The translations under genes were made by a program, and so were the position numbers. Below are positions 37,095 to 50,830 of a DNA stretch of 64,000 bases, piece by piece (position 1 is the first letter of the stretch; every line of letters starts with the position of its first letter). The notes beneath the pieces are model-generated. The model was given only the letters and a program-made list of their open reading frames with translations. It had not been told where the DNA came from and searched no databases. Origin of the DNA: Camelus dromedarius (taxonomy: Eukaryota); contig NC_087437.1 of assembly GCF_036321535.1 (NCBI RefSeq), forward strand, positions 103,976,001-104,040,000, in the 5' to 3' direction.

Positions 37095-38770
37095 CAAACA
37101 ATAGACCAGTTGGACTTAATTGATATCTACAGGACACTACATCCAAAAACACAGAATGTATGTTCTTTGCAAGCACTCATGCAGTGTTCTCTAGGATAGA
37201 TCACTTAATTGGTCACAAAACAATCCTTGACAAATTTAAGAGTATAGAAATTATATCAAACATCTTTTCTGACCACAGTGGTATGAAACTAGAAAACAAT
37301 TGAAGAAAAATGGGAAAAGAACAAACACACGACACATGCTTTAAAAAAAAGGGGTAGGTCAATGATAAAATCAAAGAGGAAACCAGAAAACACCTAGAGA
37401 GAAATGAAAATAAAAACACAATGTTCCAAAATCTACAGGATGAAGCAAAAGCAGTTCTAAGAGAGAAGTTCATAGCAACACAGATCTTTCTCAAGAAACA
37501 GACATTTCAAATAAACAACCTAAACTACCACCTAAAAGAATTAGAAAGAACAAAGCCCAATGTCAGCAAAAGGAAGGAAATAATAAAGATCAAAGAAGAA
37601 ATAAAGAGATAAAAGATAAAAATAGAAAAGATCAATAAAATCAAGAGCTTTTTTTTTTTTGAAACAAATTGGTAAATCTTTAGCCAGGCTTACCAAAAAG
37701 AAAAGAGAAAGGATCTAAGTAAACAAAACAAAACAAAACAAAAATGGAAGAGGACAATTAACAAGTAACAGCAAAGAAATAAAAAAATTCTAAGAGATCA
37801 CTACAATTCTACACCAACAAATTGGACAACCTCGAGAAAAGGAAAATAGAAACATGCAGCCTGCCAAGACTGAATCAAGAAAAAACAGACAATTTGAACA
37901 GATCAATAATTAGGGGGAAAAAAAGAATCTGTAATAAAAACTTCCTGCACACAGAAGTCCAGGGCCAGACAGCTTCACTGGGGAATTCTAATAAACATAT
38001 TAAGTACTTACACATATCCTTCTCAAACTCTTCCAAAAAACTGAAGAGGAGGGTACACTCACAAAATCATTCTTCAAGTTCCTCGTTACCCTGAAACCAA
38101 AACTAGACAAAGACACTACAGAAAAGATTACAGGCCAGTATATTTGATGAATATGGATGCAAAAATCCTCAACAAATTAGCAAACCAAGTCCAACACAAC
38201 ATTAAAAGGAACCTGCACCGCAATCAAGTTGAATTTATTCCGGGGTTACAAGGATGGTTCAAGAAATGCGTATCAAAGTGTTACAACACTTAAACAAACA
38301 GAAAGACAAAAAAAACTACATGATCATCTCAACAGCCACAGAAAAAGCACTGGACAAAAATTTAACATCCCTTCATGGTTAAAAACTCTCATCAAGGTGG
38401 GTACAGAGGGAACATTTCTCAACATAATCAAGGCCATTTACAACAAACTCGTAGCCAACATCATACTCAGTGAAATCGCAGACTTCCCGCTAAATTCTGG
38501 AACAAGCCAAGGATGCCCACTTTTACCACATCTATTTAACATATTCTTGGACATCCTAGCCACAGCAATCAGGGAAGAAATAAAAGGTATCCAAATTGAA
38601 AAGGAAGAAGTAAAACTGTCACTATTTGCAGATAACATGATGCTCTATATAAAGTACCCTAAAGTCTCCACCCAAAAACTATTAGAATAAATAAATTTAG
38701 CAACTTTGCAGGATACAAGATTAATATAAAGAAAAATGTTGTGTTTCCATGCACTGATAATGAAAGAAGA
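37095..38770 (+). mobile_element. L1 ORF2 internal fragment (end of EN through RT core), disabled
   Basis: Track ORF 38229-38690 carries L1 RT motifs [21 protein letters not shown] and [11 protein letters not shown] 37421-37612 has AKAVLREKFIA. Multiple frameshifts and stops. Confidence 0.95.
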
Positions 38771-40394
38771 TATATTTTGGTTGAAATATATACATATTAA
38801 CAGCTATTAATTAAAATGCTAAGAACTAACTTTTATTTGGAGCAATTCTTAAAACAAAATGGCATTATAATCTTTCTTCATTGGAAACAGTTTCATTTTG
38901 ATCTTCCAGAAAAATTATTTTTTGGGTGAAGGGCAGGGTATTTCCAAGAGGTGAAGCAAAAAATTTTCTTAAAATGTCTGAATACTGAATATGGCACCAT
39001 ATTGTTAATGCTTTGGATGAACTGAATGTGAATCTCAAATCTTTAAGGAACATGAAAAAAATGGGTATTTGAATCCATGCAAATAAGTGCAAAAAAGTTA
39101 AAAGATTTTTAAAATGTTAACAGTTATGGAAAGTGATTGCTATTGTGAAGCCTGCTGTTTTCTCTTAAAATGTGGCAATAATGCACAAATTAAATTGCAA
39201 AAGGAACTGTATTGGGTATTATAGTATACTATCCTAGTTGCTTTTCATGCAGAGGTATGTAAATTGAAAACATATGATAATTATAAATAAAAAAGATTAA
39301 AATATATTTAATCAGCTTAAAACAATTAAAATTAGCCACTTGCAGAAAAAAGACTAATTTAAGTAATCAAATTAAAAGGAACTGCTTTCAACATGACAGG
39401 AATTCAAGAAAGATATATTGCCTAAGATATAAATTTTAGTAAAATTAATGGTTGTTATTATTAATAAATATGTTTCTTACATATTAGAAAAGAGATTAGA
39501 ATAGTCAATTTGTACTTTAAGCTTAATGGGCTATAAGTGAACATATGGTGAAGTGGCTTTTCTGCACAAAATGGGGATGGCAAGAATGTACTCTGTAAAC
39601 TATGCTAAGATAATGGTTATTCCTTCTGTGAAACAGACTACAATTTGATAAGGAAACTATTTTAAATCTACACTAAAATTCTTATTTCTTGATGTAAAAT
39701 AGTTTTAATCACATAAATTATTAGTCATTGATGTTGATGCTAATGTACAATTGTTTGCTATTATAGTCTCAATTTTTAAGTAGTAGATTGATGATTAAAG
39801 TAATTAAGCAAGTTGGTCATTATCTTGAGTAAATCTAAAGAATATTAGGTATAAGATTATATACGAGATCAAAATCTAATGATGAAAACAAATTTCACTG
39901 GAACAACATAGGATGTCTATTATGTTTCCTTGTTCTTGTCAGGTCATAGGTGAAAAATGTATCACCCTTGGTTAATGCCTACTTAAGCACTTGTGTATTC
40001 CTTCACAGCAGCAGATCCCTAGAACACCTTGACACCTGTTACTATAGGTGCTCAGTTTGATCTTGTATTGTGTTCAAGATGCTGTTTCTGAACACAGCCT
40101 CCAAAGAATGAAGGGACAGATTATTCTTTCTGCCCCTTAGTTAAGGCTCTACTGCCATACTTTACAGTAGCTTGACAGGTTCTCCCTTTGACCCCTTGTA
40201 GTTGGGAATTGGAACGAACATTTTATAGCTGCTTTGGGATACTGCTGCAAGGAGCAGGCTTTCAGAATAAAAAGCTCCAAGTGTGATGAAATACAGGTTG
40301 TGAGACCAGGATTAGGCAGGTCATCAGACTGGGAGAAAAGGAAAAAGTTAATGAATATCCTTAGATATCTAAATCAGCAGGGTTCAATGAGACC

Positions 40395-41215
40395 AAACCA
40401 TCTCATAATACTGCTAAGATGTCATTTGTATTATTTGCCTTCATCTCTGTGTTGACATTCGGTTTGACGATGCAAAAGCAATGTGGGGTAAAACTGCTGG
40501 GGCCCAAAGTAAGGCAATCACAACAAGTTAACCTAGGAGTCATGATTTTCAATACTGGATACAGGAAAAGAGAAAACTAAAAAGCCTGTTTCAGTAACAA
40601 ACGTCCTTGATGAAGTAGTAAATATTAATTTTCTTAAACCAATGCTTTTTGATACTTCATGTGATGAAATAAGAACTATACATGGCACAATTCTTCTCTG
40701 TTTCATACAAATGTACAATGGTTGCATCAAGGAAAAGCACTTTTGAAAGTATGACTAACAATCATTATTCAGACTGGAAATTTGGTAGCTATTCTCAAAA
40801 ATGAATGAAGTAAGCCTGCCGTTTCGAGGAAAACAACAAATGTGTTGCCAGTAATAAAATGTGAACTTTCAAGTACAAATTAGCATTTTGGAAGACTTGC
40901 ATCTGCCATCTTAAGCTTGACATGTTCTGAACACTTCAAGAATTTTCTGATGACATTGGTTTGTAATTAATGAATGTGATCTTGATGTTGTTTAATGAAA
41001 GATGTCAGCGTTTGGAAGATCTGCAGCATCACTAAGCAGTATTTTTTAATTATAAATGCATAATATTACACGATCATGCATGGATGAAATAAAAAGCTCA
41101 GAGCAAAAAATATCAATAGTTTTTAAGGAAAGTAGTCTTAAACTACTTCTAGTCAAGTATTGTTATAGTATTAAAATGGAATATTCAGTTATTTTAATTT
41201 CAATTTTAAATATAC
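40395..41215 (+). mobile_element. Charlie1 (hAT) transposase-region fossil
   Basis: TGTGTTGACATT..GATGCAAAAGCAATG..GGTAAAACTGCTGG, GTCCTTGATGAAGTAGTAAA, CAAGGAAAAGCACT, AAAATGAATGAAGT..GGAAAACAAC, TTTTCTGATGA..TTGG, ATGTCAGCGTTTGGAAGATCTGCA. Confidence 0.85.
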
Positions 41216-41237
41216 CTTTCTTAAATCTTTGCAAGGC

Positions 41238-41434
41238 ATTCTTGTGTATCTGCCCCTGTGCCCCAATTTCCCCTTTTTAAAAAGACAGTAGTCACATTGG
41301 ATTGTGGCTCATACTAATGATCTCATCTTAACTTGACCATCTGCAAAGACACTATTTCCAAGTAAGGTCACATGCACAGGTACTGGGGATTAGGACTTCA
41401 GCGTATTTTGGGGGACATCTTTCAACCCTTATCA
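41238..41434 (-). mobile_element. MLT1B/C LTR 5' half
   Basis: AGTCACATTGGATT..CTCATCTTAACTTGA..CATCTGCAAAGACACTATTTCCAAGTAAGGTCACAT..GGTACTGGGGATTAGGACTTCA. Confidence 0.85.
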
Positions 41435-41891
41435 GTTCCTTCAAATACAGTGTGCTTCCAATATTTAGTTACTCTCAGATTTCCAAAAGCTGATCCATTG
41501 TAACGTTTCATCATTTCCTAGAGCTGTGAGTTTAACACGATTGGAGGTGAAGAAAGAGGTTTTCTTGGTTCTTCACCCTAAGCTGATCTCCAAGTCTAGT
41601 TCTCAGCATAAGTCTGATAGATGTGTTTCCCATTTGCTATTTTTGGACCCCACAGAATAGAAGTGTGATTACAGTGTGATTAATAAACAATTGCATTATC
41701 TCTGGGGCCCTGAAAAAATATGATCCAAAAAAAAAAAATCTAATTCTTCATCATGACACTTAACAAGGGATTTCTCTTTGAAATTCTGAATTAACTTCCC
41801 CATTAACTTGAAATAACTTCAGAAGTCTGCTGGTTAACTATAGAAATACTCCCAACTCTGACATCAAGAAACCAAGTGCAGAAACGTTATT

Positions 41892-41923
41892 TCCTGTGCC
41901 AAGTTTAGCGGCAGAGGGCATTA
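41892..41923 (+). promoter_or_regulatory. Candidate CTCF site (core plus upstream module)
   Basis: TCCTGTGCC-AAGTT-TAGCGGCAGAGGGCATTA; resembles core CCASYAGRKGGCR plus the upstream TGCWGTRCC module at the usual spacing. Motif match only. Confidence 0.45.
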
Positions 41924-42559
41924 CAAATAATACCATCTGTCTTGTTAAGAGACACACTTCCCAAGGAAAGTCCAAGGTGCCTGGCCGAAATCAAGCACAC
42001 AATATTAATACTTGGACAGGTACTGACATTTCATCAGAGCCTTTCAAGCTGCAGCGGTAAGCCTGGAACACACCTGCGACACGTGGAGTAGTGAGTGGGG
42101 AAAGAGGAGATGAGGGTGCTAAATCATTCTACCCTTCATCTTTACTTTCCTTTTGAACAGACTTTTATTTTAGAAGCCCAGGTGTCAAGAATGGTTAATT
42201 AGCATAAACCATATGATAAAATAAGGACGCCTAGAATAAACTATCTATAACGATGCAGCAGCCATGACTCTCACTATAATTTAAGCCTTTGTTTTTAATG
42301 TGTAGCACCAAATACTGTAAAATCTAAGCTTAACAGAAATAAAATTGCTACCCAGGAGGCCTAGTGAACGTACAGATTTCCACTTTGGTTCTTAATTGGT
42401 CCCTGAACTGAGAAAACAGTACGTAGTGTTCCTTATGCCTGACAGCTATTCTCCGTGAAATATCCTATGTGACCTTAATTTTGACCAAACCTGTGTGTTC
42501 AGCATAAAGTTTCTAGATGCTAACTAAATCTGTAAATAATCTGGCACCAGACAAAGCTT

Positions 42560-43015
42560 TCTTAGGTAAGGAAAGCTTTTGAAAATAAGTTATGTGAAAG
42601 CCATAGCCTGAAGGATGAGACGGTGTGATCCACATTATGGAAAAGTGCAGTGTTCCATGCACTGGAATATAATCAAGGAAACACTTGCTATGTCCAGGGA
42701 GCTAAGAGTAGTTGAGTGACATTAAGGTAGGAGAGGCTGAGGTTTGGGGTTGCAGAAGGAATTAGCAATTAGGTAATGATTTGCCTTGACTGTGTGTGTT
42801 TTAAGCACAAAGCAGTCAGTAACCAACTCAAATTTATGTCTAGGAGGCAGAGAATCAATTAGAAGGTGGTTGAAAACATAGAGGAAAAAACCTTGATTCT
42901 GGAATAAACTAGAGAAGTGGAAAGGGGGATCGAAAATATGATGATATTCTGATACCTACAGAAGAGACAAGATAACTTTCTGGTTAGAAGTAGATGCCCT
43001 GGAGTATGATAGACT
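42560..43015 (-). mobile_element. L2 fragment
   Basis: GGTAAGGAAAGCTTT..CCTGAAGGATGAG..GTGTTCCATGCA..; antisense L2 3' pattern. Confidence 0.55.
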
Positions 43016-43074
43016 GGTTTAAACACCATCGTCATTGGTTCCCTCCCTGCTTCCCTCTCTCCTTGCTTCCAAGA

Positions 43075-44150
43075 AGTCCTGAATTTTAAAAGATTTGTAT
43101 TATACAAAAATAAGTCCTCTAATACAAAGGAATTAAGTTGGAAATCAGTAACAAAGAAATAAGAAAAAAGTCTTAAGTATGTGGAAACTAGACAATGTAT
43201 AACATCCAATGGGCCAAAGAGAAATCACAAAGAATTTAGAAAATACTTTTAAAGCAAAACAGTTTTTGAAAATAAAACAAACAAAAAACAATAAACTATA
43301 TATTATGAGATAAAGGTAAAGCAATGATTAGAGAGAAAGGTATAAGAGTATATTTGTGATAGAGAGAGAGAGGGAGATCTCATTTCAATGAACTCACCCT
43401 ATATCTTAAGACACAAGGGGAAAAGACCTTCAGGAAGATACTAGTCAACTGAGTCTAGCAGCATATACATACATGTATTACACACCATGACCAAGTGGAC
43501 TAACTCACAAGACGGCAACGCTGATTAAATGATTGGCAAAAATCAACCAATCTAATACATCATATTAACAGTATAAAGGACAAAAAATTCCATTTAATAA
43601 ATGCAGGAAAAAACATTGGTTAAAAAAAATCCAACACCTTTTTATAATAAAAATCCTCAACAAATAAGGAAAAGAGGGAACTTTATCAACCTGCTGATAT
43701 GGGGTATTTATGAAATACCAAAGCTAATCGTACTTAATGATGTAAAATTGAAAACTTGCCCGCTAAGATCAGGAACAAGATAAGGATGTCTGCTTTCACC
43801 ACTTCTATCCAACACTGAGCAGCAGGTTCTAGCCAGAGCAATCAGAAAATCATGAAAAGATATCTAGATTGCAAGAAAAAAAGCGTAACTATATTTCCAG
43901 ATCTTTTATATTTGGATCCTAAGGATTCCTCAAAAAACCTTCTAGGATTGGGTTAATGCTGGATTTACAGAACAATGTAATATATTGAAAGTCTAGAAAT
44001 AAATTCTGATGTATATGGTTGATTAATTTCATTAAGGTTATCATGACAATTATATACATATGACAATTATATATACATATCATGACAAAATGAAGGAGTC
44101 GTCTTTTCAACAAATGTTTTTCTCTAGATGGAAAAATACTGTTTCTTTCT
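43075..44150 (+). mobile_element. Old L1M ORF2 fragments
   Basis: GGAATTAAGTTGGAAATCAGTAAC, ACACCATGACCAAGTGG, AAATCCAACACC, CTAAGATCAGGAACAAGATAAGGATGTCTGCTTTCACCACTTCTATCCAACA; track ORF ends LKTCPLRSGTR. Confidence 0.85.
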
Positions 44151-45284
44151 CCATATCGTTGCAAAACAATTGTCTCAAGACAACTGGAGACTGAGTGGTT
44201 AACTAATGTCCCTTAGTCTATCACTACTTAGTGGAAGAATTTGTATGCCAGATTCTGCGTCCTTAATTACTATGGTCTACTGTCTATAGCTGCCCAAAAA
44301 AAAAGAAAAGAAAAGAAAAAAGCCAACCAGTGAATGAAGTAAAAGATGTTGACATGAAAGCCACCTATTGCCTGAAAGCTGGCAAAGCACATTATCAAAT
44401 ATAATTATTTTAAAATAAAATAGCAATACCATCTAGGGTCAATTTCAATAAAAACTTAGTCATTTTCAAACATCTATGCCCATGGTAACTTTGACCAAAA
44501 CACATGTGAATGCCTAACGTTTAGAAATACTCATTTGCTTTTTTTTTTTCCTAAAGCTCAAGTGAGAATTCAGAGGCCATTAGCCTTTTTCCTCCTTCCT
44601 TTTCTCATATCTTTGGAATTCAAGTAGTATAATGTTAAAAAAAACTGAAAGAAATGACCTTTTAAGGAACATTCCTTCTCCATGATTCATTTAGTGAGGT
44701 AATTAAGTTCAAAGACATTTCATTCAAATAAAGAATTTGGGATTTGAAGTCTAAATACATCTTCACCAATTACCAAAAGTAGAACTTGATTAATGTGAGG
44801 GCTATCAGATTAGAAGCCATCATAAAACTTTCTAATTTCTGGTTGAAGTATAGCACATTTATAATATAGAACAGTGACTGCCCAAAATGCATGATATTAA
44901 CTTCTTCATATTCCTTTATATTGACTGATAGCCTAAAATTTAATCTCTCAAAAAAAACCTTTTATTAATTAGTTATCTGATAATTTTGGATAGTATTAAA
45001 GAAAATATGAAATGTTACAAACATCAAAATTTAGTAGCATCATTCTTCCTGAGCTCTGATATTAACACCCATGTATAACCAGTAACATACCATACAAGAA
45101 AATGCTGGCCACAGAAGATCATGCTGTTGTAGGTAGTATAATCTCACATGCCAGGAGATTTGAAATTGAAAACAAACAAGTATAGCCATATAGATAAAAA
45201 TGTTCAGAAGGCAGTAAATAAAGAAGGATCATCTAGTATACCATTCTTCACTACCTCCAAAGAATATGGAGATCAAGATTAAAA

Positions 45285-45530
45285 ATAATACTGACCATCA
45301 CTGTGGGTCTATTGTGCACTGGGCATTTTTTTTCTTTTCCTTTTCATGAATTAGCTCATGTAATATCAAAACAATTCTATGAAGTAAATATCATTATCAT
45401 TCTCATTTTGTATATAAGACTCTTAGATACACAGAGTGAGCAGTAACATACACAAGATTGCAAAACTGGCCTACTTCATAGCTGTGAACTAAGAATTCTG
45501 GTTCCAAAGAGGGAAGTGTTAATTATTATG
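45285..45530 (-). mobile_element. MIR
   Basis: TTAGCTCATGTAAT..AACAATTCTATGAAGTAAATATCATTATCATTCTCATTTT..CACAGAG..AGTAAC..CACAAG. Confidence 0.7.
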
Positions 45531-46593
45531 CCCCTCCTGGACAGAATGGTAAATTACAAGGTGCTGTGAAAAGCAGATATATCTCATAATGCAACACAAT
45601 TTCAATTTTAAAGGAATAACAATAGTTCAGAAGAAAAATTTTAAATTACTTGTTGTCATATATTTCCAATAAGTAAGAGATTATATATTTTGTTTCATTT
45701 GATAAGTGAGATAGACAGAAATAAATGCATGTATGTCCTACAGTTACTTTGTGGAAGGAAAAGTGAAAACTCATGTTTTAATTGTGAATCAGTTACTGAA
45801 CCACAGTACCTTAAAACCCACACCAGTTGCTGTTTGGCTAAAGTACAAGGATGCTGTTAACAAAAGAATATAAATTAAAGATGTTATAGTTTTCTATTTA
45901 TATGAATCAACATCTAATTCCAAAGTTCTCTCTCACATCTTGATTTCATTTACAACAAAACTTTAATATCAGTGTGTTTTAGGGCTACAGATTCACAGTT
46001 ACATTAAGTAAAACTGATTAGTGTTTCAGAAAATCATCAGGTAATCTTGGTTTGAAAATTACAATCATCAGAGTTTGCAACCATCCCTGATCATTGCAGC
46101 AACTTAATAATGAAATCAATAAACTGAGAGAACCTAGATTTTTCTCCTAAAAGACTTGTAATTTTAATTGAATTCATTACACTAGCATTAGTAATTCATA
46201 TTGTTTTCTTTGATGAGTAATTGACACATTGTTTGTTTACAGATATCAGGTTTAATATTAACCAAAAACGTAGGTTTAATGTAAATATCTTTTGTTACTA
46301 ATTCAGAAGGCTTTAACTCTGATGTGAAGAAAGATAAGTCAGAAAAAATGTGAGGAAAAAAAGAGGCAACAATAACCACAACAAAAAGATCTGAGCATAG
46401 ATTTGTGAGAGAGTCAAACATTATGGCAATTAAAGTATGAAGTTTTTTTCCAGTTCCCCAAAAGGAAGTTCATTTTCACCTTTGTATTTGTATTGTTTTC
46501 TCTCAAAGTCAGCCAAGTGGAATTATGAATAAAGAAAATTTTATGATGTCTATACTTTTCCTTTACTCAACAATTTTTTAGAAATACATCTAT

Positions 46594-46631
46594 ATTTAAA
46601 AGGACACATTTAAATTTAAAAGGACACATTT
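46594..46631. repeat. 20-bp tandem duplication ATTTAAAAGGACACATTT(AA)
   Basis: Read directly. Confidence 0.9.
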
Positions 46632-48399
46632 TTAAAACTTGTATGATTCAAACAATCATAAGTTGATGAGTTGTATCATTTTTATTTTTGTAAATTTTGT
46701 AGTTTAGTGTTTATATTTTATAAAAATGTATCAGTAATATATTCAAAACTCAGTCAAGTTAAATAAAGTAAAAATGTTAACTTTCAGTAATAATTGTCTA
46801 ACTTTACAGAGCTAGGGTCATTTATCTAACAACATGCTTTGCAAACTGGCTTTTACAACACAAACTCACTTTCTCCTGAATACTTTCATGCTTATTTACA
46901 AAGCTTGGGAAGATCACACTAGCCATTTTAATTAATGCATTCTGTGAAAAGTTTATTTTAAATCAGAGGGAAAAAAGGCTGCTTCTTCAATCTAGATGTT
47001 TATTCCAATCATAAAAGTAAAAGTAACTTGTATTAAATTGGTTCTGCAAAGGATTAGTTAACTGCAACTGAGTTCAATGCATGTGAAATATGTTAGATGG
47101 AAACTAAAACATGAACTTTTTTTAATTAAAAAAGGCTCATTAATTTTGAGTTTGTCAGCACAACTACCTAAATATGTTCACCAAATAATGAAGTTATTAT
47201 CATAAAACTATCTGTAGATCTCAAAATGATTATCAGTAAAACAGGTTTCCTTTAGTTACCCTTTTTCCTTCCTGTCCCCAACACGTGAATTGAGATCAGT
47301 TTTTCTTTAACTTCTACTATGGACTAGGAAAAAATAGTAATTACTTAATTTATTGTTTAAAAATCCAGGAATAATAAACTTAGGCAAATTAAGAACACTC
47401 TACAGGTATAGCAACTAGCGCGAGGAGGAACCATCCTAGTTAAAGATACTGGCATGTAAAATTATACTGAGTTTTATTTATTATTTTGGCCTAGGACTTG
47501 TCTTCTTTTGTCTATCATGAATAGATAGATGTTAAATGAACATATTTAATTATTAATTTATGTACATGTGTTTCTACATGATTTATGGAAATAAGGGGTC
47601 ACAAGAGATGAGCTAAGAAAGATGGTGTTAGAAGAGCGAACAGTACAAAAAATTTTAATAGTGTAAATGAGAACTTAACTATCCTATACTCTTAGCAGCT
47701 TAATCTCCATAGGAAAAAAAAAATTATCTAATGAAATAAAGGACTAAATAAAATATAAACCCAAGAGATAAAATCAATGTTTAAGTATTTACAGAAAAGA
47801 AAAATGGATCATGTGTAATCTCACAAAGCACAACTATAACAAATTCCTAAAATGTGAAAATATTTAAGACTATGTAATTATTTACACTAAAATGCCAATA
47901 ACAGAACCAGATAAAGAAAATGCAACTTAAAAAAAAAACTATTTTATAATAGCATTACAAACCATATTAATCGTTCATGAATCAAAATAATTTAAGAATA
48001 TCTAGAATATATACACACACGTGCATAATTTAAACATCATATATCAGTCCTGATAGGATGTAGATGAAAAGTGACAACAGAATAACAGTAACAGTATTAA
48101 ATACCCTTGTTAATTTAAACACTAAAAAGAAATATATGGATTTAAATATTTAGCAAAGGACAACAAGAACAAAGCACAACCTATAAAAAATAGAGAAACA
48201 ATCAAAAGTTAAAATATAGTAAACCATAAAATAATATGATGGAAATAATATATAAATTGAAATGCAATTATCTGAGAATAAATAAAATGTAAGCTAGATT
48301 AATATATGGAAAATTAAAGCATTCAAAATGAGTAATAGTTATTAGGAAACCATAACATACAGAAAATTAAATTCAAAAGACTCATTTGGTCTATGCCAT

Positions 48400-49171
48400 T
48401 CAATAAATTTAAATCAAATTAAGGATGAAAGTCATGATCATCTCAATAGATGCATAAATTCAACATCCATTCATGACAAAAACTCTGAACTAACTGCCTA
48501 TAGAGGGAATCGACCTCAAAATAAAAGCCACATATCATGAGCCCACAGCTAACATCAACTTAACGGTGAAAAGTTAGAAGCTTTTCCTTTAAGGTTGCAG
48601 AAAGACAAGGATGCCCACTCTCAACATTTACTGCATAGTACTGGAAGTCCAGCAACACCAATTAGACAAGAAAAATAAAAGGTATCCAAATTAAAATGGA
48701 AGAATGTAAACTATGGGTACATGATTCACTGAAATCTCTATCAAAATCCCAGTGGACTTGTCCACAGAAATAGAACAAATAATCCTAAAATTGTATAGAA
48801 TCACACAAGATCCTGAACAGCCAAATAAATCTTGAGAAGGAAGAACAAAGCTGTAGGTATGACACTTCCTGATTTTAAACTAAATTACAAAACGATAATA
48901 ATCAAAACAGCATGGAATTGCCATTGAATAGGCACACAGATCAATGGAACATAATAATAGAGAGCCCAGAATTAAAATCCACGCCTATTTGGTCAATTGA
49001 TTTATGACAGAGGAGCCAAGAATATAAAATGGGGAGAAGGAGAGTCTCTTCAATTGATGATTCTGGGAAAACTGGACAGCCATACAAAAAAAGAATAAAA
49101 TTGGACTCCTGGCTTAAACCATGTACAAAAATCAACACAAGTGGATTAAAAACTTTTAAGTAAAACCTGAG
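48400..49171 (+). mobile_element. L1 ORF2 fragment (L1MA/MB age) with an internal deletion
   Basis: CATGATCATCTCAATAGATGCA, CCCACAGCTAACATCA, GACAAGGATGCCCACTCTC, then a jump to ATCAAAATCCCAGTGG..AAGAACAAAGCTG..GATCAATGGAACA..AAAATCAAC..TGGATTAAA. Confidence 0.9.
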
Positions 49172-49398
49172 CTTGGTTGTCCAACTGTCTGTGCTTGAAA
49201 GTTATCTATCTTACCTGGCTATCTTGGTAAGAGCTGAAATCAACTGCAGTCTGGATGTTGATCACTGTGTACCTATGTTAGATGCAAGTATATTCTTGGT
49301 TGTGTACCTCTTAGAAGTACACATATGCACGTATGTGTTTATGGAGTTCACATATTTAAATATTTGAAGTTGAATCTAATTTCTAAAAGCCAAGCATG

Positions 49399-49845
49399 TG
49401 TCAAAGAAATTCCAGAGCTGGATAGTAGTTAAAGCAGTAAAAACAGATTTTATTCAGGACTACTGCAATAGAGGAAAAGAGATCTCAATATAGAACTGGG
49501 ATCAATTCTGAACAGAACATGAGCAATCAGAAATGTATAGCACCACAGAGCAGGGTGGGGGTCAGTGGCTGGAAAATGACTAAGAGGAAATACCAGAGGT
49601 ACGGGGAAATCTGGCTACACCAACCTGACAGGATTCTTTGAAAACAGGCCAGGGTGATCAGACATCACCTGAGAACAACGGAGCACAGGAACACAATTAC
49701 ATATCGAGGGTGATCAGGTATCAAGGGTAGTTAAACTGACTTAACAGGGGTCTTGCTACAAGTGGATTTTACAAGAGAATACATAAACAGACCAAGGAGA
49801 AGGTTCAGAACTTTGACTAAAGTGTGGTCAAGCAAAGCTTTGTCA
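49399..49845 (-). mobile_element. MER31(A)-like ERV1 solo LTR
   Basis: CCAGAGCTGGATAGTAGTTAAAGCAGTAAAAACAGATTTTATTCAGGACT..GAGCAGGGTGGGG..CAGGCCAGGGTGATCAGACATCACCTG..GGTCAAGCAAAGCTTTGTCA; flanks CATG/AATG (3/4 TSD match). Confidence 0.9.
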
Positions 49846-50113
49846 AATGATAAAATGAAGCACTTCAAGATGTCTACAAATGAGTTTTGAAAGAAACAAT
49901 TTTGCCTAATAATTGCAAGTTGTGATTGTTCTATTTTTAAAATAACTTGAAGAAAATAGCAATCTAGACATAAAATGCACAATTATATATTAGCATTGTT
50001 AAATTTACAGGAAAACATCAAACTAAGACTGCAGCAATACTTAAAAGTAGTATGATTTTATATTTAGATACTCTTGTTAGGATTTAATCATGCATGGAAT
50101 TCACAGGAATGAA

Positions 50114-50122
50114 TTTGTTTTG

Positions 50123-50153
<31 letters not shown>
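50114..50153. repeat. (TTTTG)n microsatellite
   Basis: Read directly. Confidence 0.95.
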
Positions 50154-50259
50154 CACAAAGCAGTGAGTACTTTGGATGCCCAAGTCCCTTTCCCGAAGCA
50201 TCCTTCCATTTGCCATACTGCAGCTGAGAAATATTACTTTAGTCTTCCCTGATGCACAA

Positions 50260-50830
50260 GTATTTTAGATAATATCCTTTGCAAGAAAAACAGAAAACAA
50301 CTCAAACCAGCTTAGTGAAAAAAGATACTTTACTGAAATGTTAGAGCTGTATCCAAAGGAATCAAAGAAGGGATTTAAATACCAAGTGTCATGATGTACA
50401 GGAAAATAGCTGGACTTCAAGGAAGTATTGGCTTCAGGGGTCTTGTTTTCGCTCTCTCATCTCTTTTGTATAAATCTGACTGTTTCCTGCTGCATATTTG
50501 CTCCCTTAATATCTTGGGGAACACAGGAAACAAAAGGTGCCAAATTAAATCATTTAGTTTCTACCATCACAGAATGATCTGGTGATACTGTCATTGACAA
50601 TAAATATTTCAAAGAGGGGAAAGATCTATTGGATTGTTTAATTTAAAACCCACCCAAGATCTCTAAATCGTGGCAGGCTCTGTAAGTGAACCCTAGCAGA
50701 GTTAGGTTCATTCGTGTAGTTAGGAAAATGGTACACCCATTTAGCCCCACTTGCTTGGAGCAAAGTGAAGGGCATTTCTGAGAAGAGAAGGGCTCTGGTC
50801 CAAGGGCAACAAGAATATCCTCTGTAATGA
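50260..50830 (-). mobile_element. Old MaLR LTR (MLT1J/K/L-like)
   Basis: TTTGCAAG..ACAGAAAACAACTCAAACCAGCTTAG (reverse MLT1J/K 3' end), GGCTTCAGG..CTCTCTC, GGGAAAGATCTATTGG. Confidence 0.55.

Noticed and set aside
38229..38690. 153-aa ORF with reverse-transcriptase motifs as a functional RT, retron or domesticated gene
   Set aside because: It is a frameshifted L1 ORF2 relic with the catalytic FADD changed to FADN and stops on both sides.
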